Shown one piece after another: positions 15,352 through 24,287 of a DNA stretch of 64,000 nt (position 1 is the stretch's first letter; every line of letters starts with the position of its first letter). The notes beneath the pieces are model-generated. The model saw only the letters and a list, made by a program, of their open reading frames with translations. It had not been told where the DNA came from and did not search any database. Origin of the DNA: an uncultured Pirellulales bacterium (GTDB lineage: Bacteria > Planctomycetota > Phycisphaerae > Sedimentisphaerales > SM23-30); the NCBI GenBank assembly GCA_964580995.1, contig CAZOMV010000002.1, positions 38,904 through 102,903 of the forward strand, read 5' to 3'. The position numbers and the translations under genes were made by a program.

Positions 15352-18108
15352 TCAGGGTGCACTGATATTGGTTACGATGCTGCTGGTTGTGAACGTGTTT
15401 GTCAGCGTGCCGGGTGTATAGGTCCCACCCTGATACAACCCGTCGGTTTTGGTCCCGGTCGAGCTCCCGCCGTTATACAGCTTGTAGCTCGTACCCGATA
15501 GGAAGTTCGGCGAAGAAAACACACACGATCTATAGGCTTTTGCCGGTGCAAAGGTCAGAACATCCGCGCCGGCGGCGGTTCTAATATGGATCAGAGTTCC
15601 GGCCGTCTTCCATTGGCTGTAGGTAATCTTCACGGAACGCTGCGTTGACGTGGAGCTGAGGGCCTGGGCCATCTGGGCACTGCCCACCCCCACCAGGAAT
15701 CCGCCGCTGATATTGCAGGTGCCGTCAAAGTCCACGGCATTGTTATCATTCGCGGTCGGACCGTTGATGATGACGGTCCCGCCCGTCATCACGATACTGC
15801 CATTGGCATCGATGCCGTCCCCGATGGCATTCACCACGATGTAGCCGCCGTTCACGTACAGGAAATAGTCGCTGTTGCCGCTGGGGGGAAAAGGCGGATG
15901 CCACGGATCGACGCCGCCGGAGCCATCGCCCCCGGCGATGTTGATCCCGTCATCGCTCGATGTAATGTGGAAAGTCCCGCCGTTGATGGTGATAATCGCA
16001 CCCTCGAGGCCTTCGTAGGAGCTGGTAATGGCCATCGTTCCGCCGTTTATCTCGACCGTGCTGTCGGAATGAACGGCGTCATCCCCGGTGGCAATCTCGA
16101 ATGTCCCGTTGTTGATCGTGATGGCCTCGTTGGTATGGATCGCATCGTCGGCACAGTCCATGTCGAACGTGCCGCCGTCAATTACCACGCTGACAAGACC
16201 TTTGATGCCCTTGGCCGAAAAGTCATCGGCAATGCTCGCCGTGTGGCCGCCACCGGAGAGGATGTTGAATTCGCCATCGTCGATGTCGATGGTGGTTTCG
16301 GCCGTGATGGCGTCCTCATCAGAAGTAACGTCAATATTACCGCCGGTGATCGTGATGGTTGAGCTTTCGATTCCCTCGTAGCTGTCCGTAATGGTGATCG
16401 TGCCGCCATCGATTCCAATGGCAATGTCCGCATGGATTCCATCGTCGCTGGAGGCGATGGTGGCCGCGCCGCCGCTGATTGTCACGGTATCGCCGGAGTG
16501 GAGTCCGTCATCGGCGCAATCGAGGTTGAGCGTGCCGCCGTTAATCACCACGCTGACAGGCCCTTTGATACCCTTGGCTGAAAAGTCATCGGCAATGCTG
16601 GCGGTGTGGCCGCCGCCGGAGACAATCGTGATGTCGCCCGCCAGCACGGTGACATTCGTCTCCGCCGCGATGCCGTCTCCACCGGAGGTGATGTCCAGCG
16701 ACCCATTCTCTATCGTGATGTATCCAAAATTGGGGTCTTCAGCGTTGGTGGATTTCAGCGCATCCCCTACGGCCGTCAGGGTGATGTCCCCATCCTGGAT
16801 CAGCAGATAGTCCTTGCCGCAAATGCCGTCGTCAACCGAGATGACGTCGAGGGTGCCGCCGTTGATAATCAGATCGTCCTTACTTACGATGGCGTCGCTG
16901 TAGTTCCCGTGAACGGTCAGTGTGCCGGTACCGGATATCGACATCGAGTCCTTACTGAACAAACAGCCGCTGGGTTCGTCCTGGTTCGGATCTTCGAACA
17001 CATATTCATCCGCGTCGAACAGGTAGTTCTGGGTCTGATCGGCCAGCACGAACGACGTGAACGAGGCGTCGATCACATGGATTGCGGCGCTCGTGGAGTT
17101 AGTGATAGAAACACCGGCCAGGATAATCTCCACCGTACCGGCTGAGGGAGAATTCACGGCGAGCTGCCCATCGTTGAGCGTGCCGCTGACGTTGTAGGTG
17201 CCGGCGGCCGTGATGGTGGCTGTCGTTCCATCCACCGTGACGCCGGTGCCGTTAACGGTGATCGAATCCCCGTTCAAGAGGATCTGCGTGGGGCCGGAAG
17301 CCTCCGAACGGCAGCCGCACAACGGTTCGGCGGGAATGCCATCGCCGCTGTAACAGCTCGCGAAAACGGCGTAATCGAGCATATCCACGTCGTAATCCTC
17401 ATCGGCATCCGCCAGGACAATACCGTTTTCATCGGGGGTCAAGCCGCACGACGGGTTGGCCGAATTGTCTGTGACGAGGTAACAGCTCACGAAATTGACG
17501 AAGTCGTTCAGATCCACATCGCCGTCCATGTCGTAATCGCTCAAGGCATAGCCCACGATCCGGCCGGGACTGGCGATATCGCCGCCCGCGGAGGTCCGCG
17601 AACCGAAGATGTCCCTGACCGCGGCCAGGCTCCAGTCCGTCTGGGCAATCGTCTGGCCGTAATCGGAGGCTGGAATATTGCAACTGGCATACTGGGTGCG
17701 CGGCGTGCCGGGGTAGTTCTCGTCGCCGTAGCTCAACTGGTCCACCAGGACATCGCTTGAATCGTAGAGATTGATCTGGCCATTCCGGTCTATGTTGGTA
17801 GTGGACTCGCCGATGATGGTGACGCCGGTTAGTTCCCAGGCGGCGGCGAAGTCCGCGGCCACCGCTTCGGTCAAAATGACTGATTCGCCAGGATCGACCA
17901 CGCCGAAAGCGCTCAAGTCCACTGTACCCGGGGTTTGGCTGCCATCGTCGAAACTCCACCCGGACATATCCACCGGGACTGTGCCGACGTTCGTAAATTC
18001 GATAAATTCTCCGTCCGTCCCGCTGTACATCCACTCCGTAATGGCCATCTGGCCGGAAGCGACCTGGGCGAGAATCACGATCAATCCGAATAGTAGCGTG
18101 CGCTGCAT
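15352..18108 (-). CDS. Secreted multidomain protein: lamin-tail-like domain, two dockerin/EF-hand-like segments, and a parallel beta-helix carbohydrate-binding-like region with an internal duplication
   Basis: The start is placed at ATG 18108 with AAGGAGG upstream and the signal peptide MQRTLLFGLIVILAQVASG. ITEWMYSGTDGEFIEFTN...MSGWSFDD is LTD-like. DYDMDGDVDLNDFVNFVSCY and DADEDYDVDMLDYAVFASCY are dockerin-like. Gly/Asp/Thr/Ile-rich coils (DDGIH.., GGT..I) resemble the Cthe_2159-type beta-helix family. Confidence 0.8.
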   Translation of the reverse strand: MQRTLLFGLIVILAQVASGQMAITEWMYSGTDGEFIEFTNVGTVPVDMSGWSFDDGSQTPGTVDLSAFGVVDPGESVILTEAVAADFAAAWELTGVTIIGESTTNIDRNGQINLYDSSDVLVDQLSYGDENYPGTPRTQYASCNIPASDYGQTIAQTDWSLAAVRDIFGSRTSAGGDIASPGRIVGYALSDYDMDGDVDLNDFVNFVSCYLVTDNSANPSCGLTPDENGIVLADADEDYDVDMLDYAVFASCYSGDGIPAEPLCGCRSEASGPTQILLNGDSITVNGTGVTVDGTTATITAAGTYNVSGTLNDGQLAVNSPSAGTVEIILAGVSITNSTSAAIHVIDASFTSFVLADQTQNYLFDADEYVFEDPNQDEPSGCLFSKDSMSISGTGTLTVHGNYSDAIVSKDDLIINGGTLDVISVDDGICGKDYLLIQDGDITLTAVGDALKSTNAEDPNFGYITIENGSLDITSGGDGIAAETNVTVLAGDITIVSGGGHTASIADDFSAKGIKGPVSVVINGGTLNLDCADDGLHSGDTVTISGGAATIASSDDGIHADIAIGIDGGTITITDSYEGIESSTITITGGNIDVTSDEDAITAETTIDIDDGEFNILSGGGHTASIADDFSAKGIKGLVSVVIDGGTFDMDCADDAIHTNEAITINNGTFEIATGDDAVHSDSTVEINGGTMAITSSYEGLEGAIITINGGTFHITSSDDGINIAGGDGSGGVDPWHPPFPPSGNSDYFLYVNGGYIVVNAIGDGIDANGSIVMTGGTVIINGPTANDNNAVDFDGTCNISGGFLVGVGSAQMAQALSSTSTQRSVKITYSQWKTAGTLIHIRTAAGADVLTFAPAKAYRSCVFSSPNFLSGTSYKLYNGGSSTGTKTDGLYQGGTYTPGTLTNTFTTSSIVTNISAP

Positions 18109-18480
18109 ACGAAACCTCCTTGGGCACAAAAACTCATCCACGAATAATTTATTGTCAAATATACCTGTCAGGCACATTCCTAACAAAATCCAAACGGCAT
18201 AAAACTCTTTCCTATATAGTAAGTGCTTGCTTTTGGCTAAAAGTAGCAACGGGATTGGAAAAAATTGCATCGAGGCCGCATAATTTTAAATAGGATAGAT
18301 TGGGCCACTCCAAATTCGTTGGTGGAAACGATGTTTAGTATTGATATAAGTGATTTAGATTTATTGCTTTATGCCGCCGGCAGGGGGCGGTATTTCACGA
18401 TACCGCCCGTATGTACTCCTGCCGCTGCTTATGCCGGAGGTTTTCATGCGATAAATCCATCTCCTGTAACCATCCAGAAA

Positions 18481-18571
18481 TGACGCCAGCGTCAAAAGCT
18501 CGTTGTCCCCTTGTTATCGGGGCGCCAGAGCAGTTTTTGGAAGTCGATATTGACTTTTGGCGTTTCCGTCA
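18481..18571 (+). repeat. 91-bp dispersed intergenic element, copy 1 (the strand given is the hairpin-plus-T-run orientation)
   Basis: The sequence is tgacgccagcgtcaaaagctcgttgtccccttgttatcggggcgccagagcagtttttggaagtcgatattgacttttggcgtttccgtca. It aligns base-for-base with four other copies in the window. Confidence 0.9.
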
Positions 18572-18698
18572 GAAATAAGCAATTTTTTGGAGTTGAACCT
18601 TTCTTGCAAATTGCATGACCGGCGGTTATTGTAGGGCCTGACCAGGAGAGTGGCAGGCGGAGTATGGCCTGCCGGACTGGTTCGGAAAGAGAAGATGG

Positions 18699-18718
18699 AT
18701 TCCCGCCTGCGCGGGAAT
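18699..18718. repeat. REP-like GC hairpin ATTCCCGC-ctgc-GCGGGAAT
   Basis: It has a perfect 8-bp stem and lies 31 nt upstream of the dapL ATG. Its translation artefacts (DSRLRGND / IPAQAGIH) are typical of a widespread palindromic repeat type. Confidence 0.5.
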
Positions 18719-18748
18719 GACAGAGAATATGGAGAAGATGCGGCAGGT

Positions 18749-19978
18749 ATGATTACGATTAATGAGAATTTTATGAAGTTGAAGGCGGGGTATTTGTTTC
18801 CGGAGATCTCGCGGCGGGTGGCGGCGTATCAGAAGGAAAATCCGCAGGCGCGGATCATCCGGCTGGGGATCGGCGATGTGACGCTGCCGCTGCCGGCGGC
18901 GGTGATCGAGGCGTTCCACAAGGCGGTGGCGGAAATGGGGGAGGCCCGTACGTTCAAAGGATACGGGCCGGAGCAGGGGTATGATTTTCTGATTCAGGCG
19001 GTGATCGAAAACGATTTCCGGCAGCGCGGGGTGGAGCTGAAGGCCAACGAAGTCTTTATCAGCGACGGCTCGAAATGCGATACCGGCAATATTCAGGAGA
19101 TCTTCGGGTTACAGAATACCATCGCGGTTACGGACCCGGTGTATCCGGTGTATGTGGATACCAACGTGATGGCTGGACGGACCGGCCCGCAGAACAGCCA
19201 GGGCTGCTACGAAGGAATCGTCTATCTGCCCTGTACGCCGGCGAACCAGTTCACGCCGGAGCCGCCGGGTAAGCCGGTGGATTTGATTTATTTGTGTTAT
19301 CCGAATAATCCGACCGGGGCGGTGGCCACGAAAGAGGCGCTGGGCCGGTGGGTGGAGTATGCCCGGGCGAATAAGGCGATTATTCTGTTTGACGCGGCGT
19401 ATGAGGCATTTATCACGGATGCGGCGATTCCGCATTCGATTTACGAGATACCCGGGGCGAAGGAAGTGGCGATTGAATTCCGCAGTTATTCCAAGACGGC
19501 CGGATTCACGGGGACCCGGTGTGCCTATGCGGTGGTGCCGCAGGAATTGCACGCCTATACCCGGGCGGGCGAGAAGGTGGCGGTGAATCCGATCTGGCAC
19601 CGGCGGCAGACGACCAAGTTTAATGGGGTGTCGTATCCGGTGCAACGGGCGACGGAGGCGGCGTATTCGGCGGCGGGCAAGAGGCAGGTGCGGGCACTGG
19701 TGGATTATTATATGGAGAATGCCCGCGTCATCCGCACGAGCATGGAGCGGTTCGGCTATTGCGTCTATGGCGGGGTGAATGCCCCGTATATCTGGGTGAA
19801 GACTCCCAATGGGATTACCAGTTGGGGGTTCTTTGATAAGCTGCTGAAGGAGGCCCATGTGGTGAGCACGCCGGGGGCAGGTTTTGGCCCCTCGGGTGAG
19901 GGATTTTTGCGGCTGTCGGCATTCGGCCAGAAGGAAAATGTGCTGGAGGCCATGGATCGGATCGGGAAACTGGCGTAA
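18749..19978 (+). CDS. dapL: LL-diaminopimelate aminotransferase
   Basis: The start is placed at ATG 18749 because [24 protein letters not shown] is the canonical DapL N-terminus. The class I aminotransferase body includes the [16 protein letters not shown]-lysine region. Confidence 0.9.
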   Translation: MITINENFMKLKAGYLFPEISRRVAAYQKENPQARIIRLGIGDVTLPLPAAVIEAFHKAVAEMGEARTFKGYGPEQGYDFLIQAVIENDFRQRGVELKANEVFISDGSKCDTGNIQEIFGLQNTIAVTDPVYPVYVDTNVMAGRTGPQNSQGCYEGIVYLPCTPANQFTPEPPGKPVDLIYLCYPNNPTGAVATKEALGRWVEYARANKAIILFDAAYEAFITDAAIPHSIYEIPGAKEVAIEFRSYSKTAGFTGTRCAYAVVPQELHAYTRAGEKVAVNPIWHRRQTTKFNGVSYPVQRATEAAYSAAGKRQVRALVDYYMENARVIRTSMERFGYCVYGGVNAPYIWVKTPNGITSWGFFDKLLKEAHVVSTPGAGFGPSGEGFLRLSAFGQKENVLEAMDRIGKLA

Positions 19979-20016
19979 GGAATCGAGCATAACCATTTGT
20001 ATTTCAAGGGATTACT

Positions 20017-20046
20017 GCAAGCCGCCGGGTGCGGCTTGCTTTTTTG
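20017..20046 (+). terminator. Rho-independent terminator of dapL
   Basis: The stem is GCAAGCCGC / GCGGCTTGC (9 bp) with a 5-nt loop, followed by TTTTTT. Confidence 0.85.
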
Positions 20047-20070
20047 GCAAATTGTGTTATCTAGTACGGC

Positions 20071-20967
20071 ATGACCATGAATACTCAGTCGAAAACGGAA
20101 TGGACCAACAAGCGTCTGCTGGAGTGGACGGCGGACTATTTGGGTAAGGCGGAGGTGGAGCAGTCGCGGCTGTGCGCGGAGCTGCTGCTGGCGCATGTTT
20201 TGAACTGGCAGCGGATCAGGCTCTATACGGATTTCGACTATCAGCCCAGTGCCGAGCAGTTGGCGGAGTTTCGCGGGCTGGTCAAACGCTGCGGGCAGCA
20301 CGAGCCGGTGGCGTATTTGACGGGGCATGCCCATTTTTACAGCCTGGATCTGGAGGTAAATGCGAGTGTTTTGATTCCGCGGCCGGAGACGGAGGTGCTG
20401 GTGACGCATGCGCTGGATTTTCTGCGGCAGGAAACCAGCCGGCCGACGGCGTATGTGCTGGATTTATGCACCGGCAGCGGCTGCATCGCGATTGCGCTGG
20501 CGGCGAATGTGATGGAGGCGGACATACTGGCCATCGACAGCAGTGGGGAGGCGCTGGAGGTGGCGCAGCGGAATGTGGAAAAGTACGATTTGCAGGGGCG
20601 GATTCATCTGCTGGAGGGGGATTTGTTTGCGACGTTGGAACAGGCTCCCTGTTCGGTCTTCGATCTGATTGTTTCCAATCCGCCCTATATTGCCGCGGCC
20701 GAATTTGACAAGCTGGAGTCGAATGTCCGGAAATACGAGCCGCGGGGCGCCCTGCTGGCGGGTGCGGATGGTCTGGACTATTACCGCCGGATCGCAGGGG
20801 AGGCGGGGGAGTATCTGGCGGATGGCGGGGTGTTGATGGTGGAAATTGCGTATAATCAAGCGAAAGAGGTTGCCGGTCTGCTGGAGCAGATGGGAACATT
20901 CAAGGATATTACGATCTATAAGGATCATCTGGGCCATGGCCGCGTGGTGAAAGCGGCGAAGGCTTGA
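20071..20967 (+). CDS. prmC: Release factor glutamine N5-methyltransferase
   Basis: It has a SAM-binding motif (LDLCTGSGCIAIALA) and the catalytic VSNPPY motif, with an overall HemK/PrmC layout. Confidence 0.9.
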   Translation: MTMNTQSKTEWTNKRLLEWTADYLGKAEVEQSRLCAELLLAHVLNWQRIRLYTDFDYQPSAEQLAEFRGLVKRCGQHEPVAYLTGHAHFYSLDLEVNASVLIPRPETEVLVTHALDFLRQETSRPTAYVLDLCTGSGCIAIALAANVMEADILAIDSSGEALEVAQRNVEKYDLQGRIHLLEGDLFATLEQAPCSVFDLIVSNPPYIAAAEFDKLESNVRKYEPRGALLAGADGLDYYRRIAGEAGEYLADGGVLMVEIAYNQAKEVAGLLEQMGTFKDITIYKDHLGHGRVVKAAKA

Positions 20968-21000
20968 AACGGTTGCCGAACCAGGAAGGAAAACGGTAGT

Positions 21001-22272
21001 ATGGATTCGTTTGTGATACACGGAGGTACACGGCTGCGGGGCGATATTCAGGTGAGCGGTTCGAAAAACGCGGCGCTGCCGATTATGGCGGCGTGCCTGC
21101 TCACGAATGAAGAGACCATTCTTCGCTCGGTCCCGGATTTAGCGGATATTCGCCATTTGTGCACGCTGCTGGAAAAGCTGGGGGCGAAGGTCTGGCGGGA
21201 TGAGCAGAATCACATGCATATTAAGGTGCAGGACGAAAGCTGCTGCCTGGCGGATTATGAAAGCGTGCGGCGGATGCGGGCCAGTATTTGTGTGCTGGGG
21301 CCGCTGGTGGCGCGGCGGCATCATGCCGAGGTGAGTATGCCCGGCGGCTGTGCGATCGGGGACCGGCCGATCAATCTGCATGTGCAGGGGATCAAGGCCC
21401 TGGGGGCGGATATCCAACTGGAGAGCGGCAATGTGATTGCGGATGCCCCGGAGCTGCACGGAACGGATATTTTTCTCGGCGGGCCGTTCGGCAGTTCGGT
21501 GCTGGGCACGGCCAATATTATGAGCGCGGCGTGTCTGGCCAAAGGCAAGACCGTGATCGAATCGGCGGCGTGCGAGCCGGAGATTGTCGATCTGGGCAAT
21601 TTTTTGATTTCGATGGGGGCGCGAATTAGCGGCCACGGCAGCCCGCGGATTACGATCGAGGGGGTGGCGGTTTTGCATGGAACGGATTATCAGATTATCC
21701 CTGACCGCATTGAAGCGGGGACATTTATGGTGGCGGCGGCGATTACCAACGGCGAGCTGATTTTGCGCAACTGCCAGGCGGAACATTTGATGGCGGTGAT
21801 TGACCGGCTGAAACTGATTGGTGTTGATATCGAAAAAGAAAATGGCGGATTGCGGGTCAGTTCCGCGCGGCGGCTGAATCCGGTGGATATCACGACCCAG
21901 CCGTATCCGGGTTTCCCGACCGATTTGCAGGCCCAGTTGATGGCCCTTTTGTGTCTGGCGGATGGCAACAGTATTATTACGGAGAAAATTTTTCCCGACC
22001 GGTTCATGCACATCGCGGAGCTGAACCGGATGGGCGCGAATATTCGCAAGGAAGGCCCCACGGTGGTGGTGCAGGGGGTGCGGGAACTGGTCGGCGCGCC
22101 GGTAATGGCATCGGATTTGCGGGCGTCGGCGGCGCTGGTGCTGGCGGGGATGATCGCCAAAAGCAAAACGCAGATCCTGCGGGTCTATCATATCGATCGC
22201 GGGTATGAAAAAATTGAGGAGAAGCTCAACCGGGTGGGCGCGCAAATCGAACGAATCAAGGAATCAGACTAA
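21001..22272 (+). CDS. murA: UDP-N-acetylglucosamine 1-carboxyvinyltransferase
   Basis: The sequence is MurA-like over its full length (GGTRLRGDIQVSGSKNAALPIMAA...PGGCAIGDRPINLH...YHIDRGYEKIEEKL). Confidence 0.95.
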   Translation: MDSFVIHGGTRLRGDIQVSGSKNAALPIMAACLLTNEETILRSVPDLADIRHLCTLLEKLGAKVWRDEQNHMHIKVQDESCCLADYESVRRMRASICVLGPLVARRHHAEVSMPGGCAIGDRPINLHVQGIKALGADIQLESGNVIADAPELHGTDIFLGGPFGSSVLGTANIMSAACLAKGKTVIESAACEPEIVDLGNFLISMGARISGHGSPRITIEGVAVLHGTDYQIIPDRIEAGTFMVAAAITNGELILRNCQAEHLMAVIDRLKLIGVDIEKENGGLRVSSARRLNPVDITTQPYPGFPTDLQAQLMALLCLADGNSIITEKIFPDRFMHIAELNRMGANIRKEGPTVVVQGVRELVGAPVMASDLRASAALVLAGMIAKSKTQILRVYHIDRGYEKIEEKLNRVGAQIERIKESD

Positions 22273-23271
22273 TTCCGGCTCGGGCACGGCGTGCAAGCGT
22301 TCCTGGGCGAACAAGGTTAAGGCAGCGCCCAGGACGAGAATCACACCGCTGAGCCATTGGCCGGCCGTTAGCTGCTCGGAAAAAATCAGCCAGGAAAAAA
22401 TCGCGGTGAAAAAGGCGGTACCAAGTAAAGCGGTTTGAGTCACCATTACGCCCATACGCTGAATGACCCAGTAAAGTCCCATATGCGGCAGATAGAGATT
22501 AAACAGGGTAGAAACAAGAATCAGAAGATGAATACGGCCGGTTTGATGAATCAGGCTGAGCGGTTTTCCCAGGCAGAAGGAAAGCACCAGTAAACCGATA
22601 ATGCTATAGGTCGTTACCACCGTATAACTGACCAGGGGGGCTGCCGAACGAGTGATGATGCGGATTCCCAGGGCGTAACCCGCCCAGGAAATAGCGCCGA
22701 TGGTGACAAAGAGAATCCCCAGCATCTGCGTATGAAAACCGCCCTTCTGCTGGAACAGAATCACACCCAGTGAGCCGCTGACGGCACAGAACAATCCGAT
22801 CCAGAAAAATTTATTTTGGAAGAGCCGCCGTTCTTCCCGGTGGAAGAGAACGCCCAGCAAGACCGCCCAGATGATATACTGCTTTTGCAGCAAACTCATC
22901 ATGCCCGGTTCGGCAAAATAAACCGACCAGGGATAAAAAATCTGACCGCCGAGATTGGCCAGGGCGGGGATCAGACCCAGCAGCCATACCCGGCGGTTAA
23001 AATGATGGAGAAAACCGGTTTTTCGAAAGCGCAGCCAGACGGTGATCCACAGCCAGAGCAGCAGCCAGGCGAAACGCCAGAAATTCTGATCCCAGATGGT
23101 GATCCCCTCGCGGAAAAACTGACGGATAAACAGCGGGGCGGTACTCCAACTGAGAAGGATACCCAGCAGCACGGCGGAACCTTTTACATCCGGTCGGTTA
23201 GGCAAAACAGCTCCTGTTGTTTTATGTCCAGTTAAAAGCCGAATCATCCCCGGTGGGATTTTTTTCGTCAA
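22264..23271 (-). CDS. EamA/DMT-family transporter
   Basis: It has about 10 predicted hydrophobic helices and the duplicated EamA-like organisation. The start codon is uncertain. The 3' end overlaps the convergent murA by 9 nt. Confidence 0.7.
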   Translation of the reverse strand: MTKKIPPGMIRLLTGHKTTGAVLPNRPDVKGSAVLLGILLSWSTAPLFIRQFFREGITIWDQNFWRFAWLLLWLWITVWLRFRKTGFLHHFNRRVWLLGLIPALANLGGQIFYPWSVYFAEPGMMSLLQKQYIIWAVLLGVLFHREERRLFQNKFFWIGLFCAVSGSLGVILFQQKGGFHTQMLGILFVTIGAISWAGYALGIRIITRSAAPLVSYTVVTTYSIIGLLVLSFCLGKPLSLIHQTGRIHLLILVSTLFNLYLPHMGLYWVIQRMGVMVTQTALLGTAFFTAIFSWLIFSEQLTAGQWLSGVILVLGAALTLFAQERLHAVPEPELV

Positions 23272-23383
23272 GATAAAAATCCGGATCGCCAGAAAACCGG
23301 CGGAACGATTTTGATTGCGGTTTGACGGGAAATGGGGTATGTTTCCTTTTTGTATGCGGTACTAGTTTATAAGGAGAACTATT

Positions 23384-24184
23384 GTGAAATATCTTAGATT
23401 TGCGGCTGGGGATGATCGTATTTATTCGGGGATTTTGGCGGCGGATGGCACGATTCAAGTCATTTCGGGAAATATACTGGAGGAGCATGAACCGACAGGC
23501 AAAAAATTCCACCTGAAGGAAATCCAGCGGTATCTGCCGCCGGTGGACCCGCCGAATATCATCGCCCTGGGGCGGAATTACGCCGAACACGCCAAAGAAC
23601 TCAAGCACGAGCTGCCGACCGTACCGCTGCTGTTTATGAAAGCCACGACCAGTCTGACCGGCCATCAATGCCCGGTAGTCCTGCCGGCGATTGCTCCCAA
23701 GAAGGTGGATTATGAAGCGGAACTGGTGGTCGTGATCGGGAAAAAGGCAAAACAGGTCCAACCGGCGGACGTGGGCGAATATATATTCGGTTATACGATG
23801 GCCAATGATATCTCGGCCCGGGATTGCCAGTTTGAAATCGACAGCCAGTGGATTCGCGGCAAATCATTCGATACCTTTGCGCCGCTGGGGCCGGTCATTG
23901 AAACCGACCTGGATCCTTCTGCCCTGCGTGTCCGGATGATCCTGAACGGGCAGTGCATGCAGGATGGAAATACCCGGGATATGATATTTTCCGTAGCGGA
24001 AATCGTGAGTTTTATCTCGAAAAACATGACCCTGCTGCCGGGAACGGTCATCTTAACCGGAACCCCCTCCGGCGTCGGGTATGGCCGGGAAGTACCTGTT
24101 TTTCTGAAGCCCGGCGATCATCTGGCGGTCGAGGTGGAAGGAATCGGCCGGCTGGAAAACACGGTCGCAGCCGAATCCGCTTGA
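23384..24184 (+). CDS. Fumarylacetoacetate hydrolase (FAH) family protein
   Basis: The motif run is GRNYAEHAKE...FMKATTSL...VDYEAELVVVIGK...NDISARD...KSFDTF...GTPSGVG. It uses a GTG start with AAGGAG 8 nt upstream. Confidence 0.85.
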   Translation: MKYLRFAAGDDRIYSGILAADGTIQVISGNILEEHEPTGKKFHLKEIQRYLPPVDPPNIIALGRNYAEHAKELKHELPTVPLLFMKATTSLTGHQCPVVLPAIAPKKVDYEAELVVVIGKKAKQVQPADVGEYIFGYTMANDISARDCQFEIDSQWIRGKSFDTFAPLGPVIETDLDPSALRVRMILNGQCMQDGNTRDMIFSVAEIVSFISKNMTLLPGTVILTGTPSGVGYGREVPVFLKPGDHLAVEVEGIGRLENTVAAESA

Positions 24185-24287
24185 TCGGATTTTTACCCAG
24201 TCCGGGTGTAAGGGTGCCTCCCCTTCAAGGCACCCTGGAACCCATAGCCATTTATCTTCCTGGTGATAAACGGCTGTTCTGTTTCGT

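Noticed and set aside
24211-24236. The hairpin AGGGTGCC...GGCACCCT between the convergent FAH and glgP genes, considered as a terminator.
   Set aside because: The stem is good, but there is no T-run on either side, so I did not call it an intrinsic terminator.
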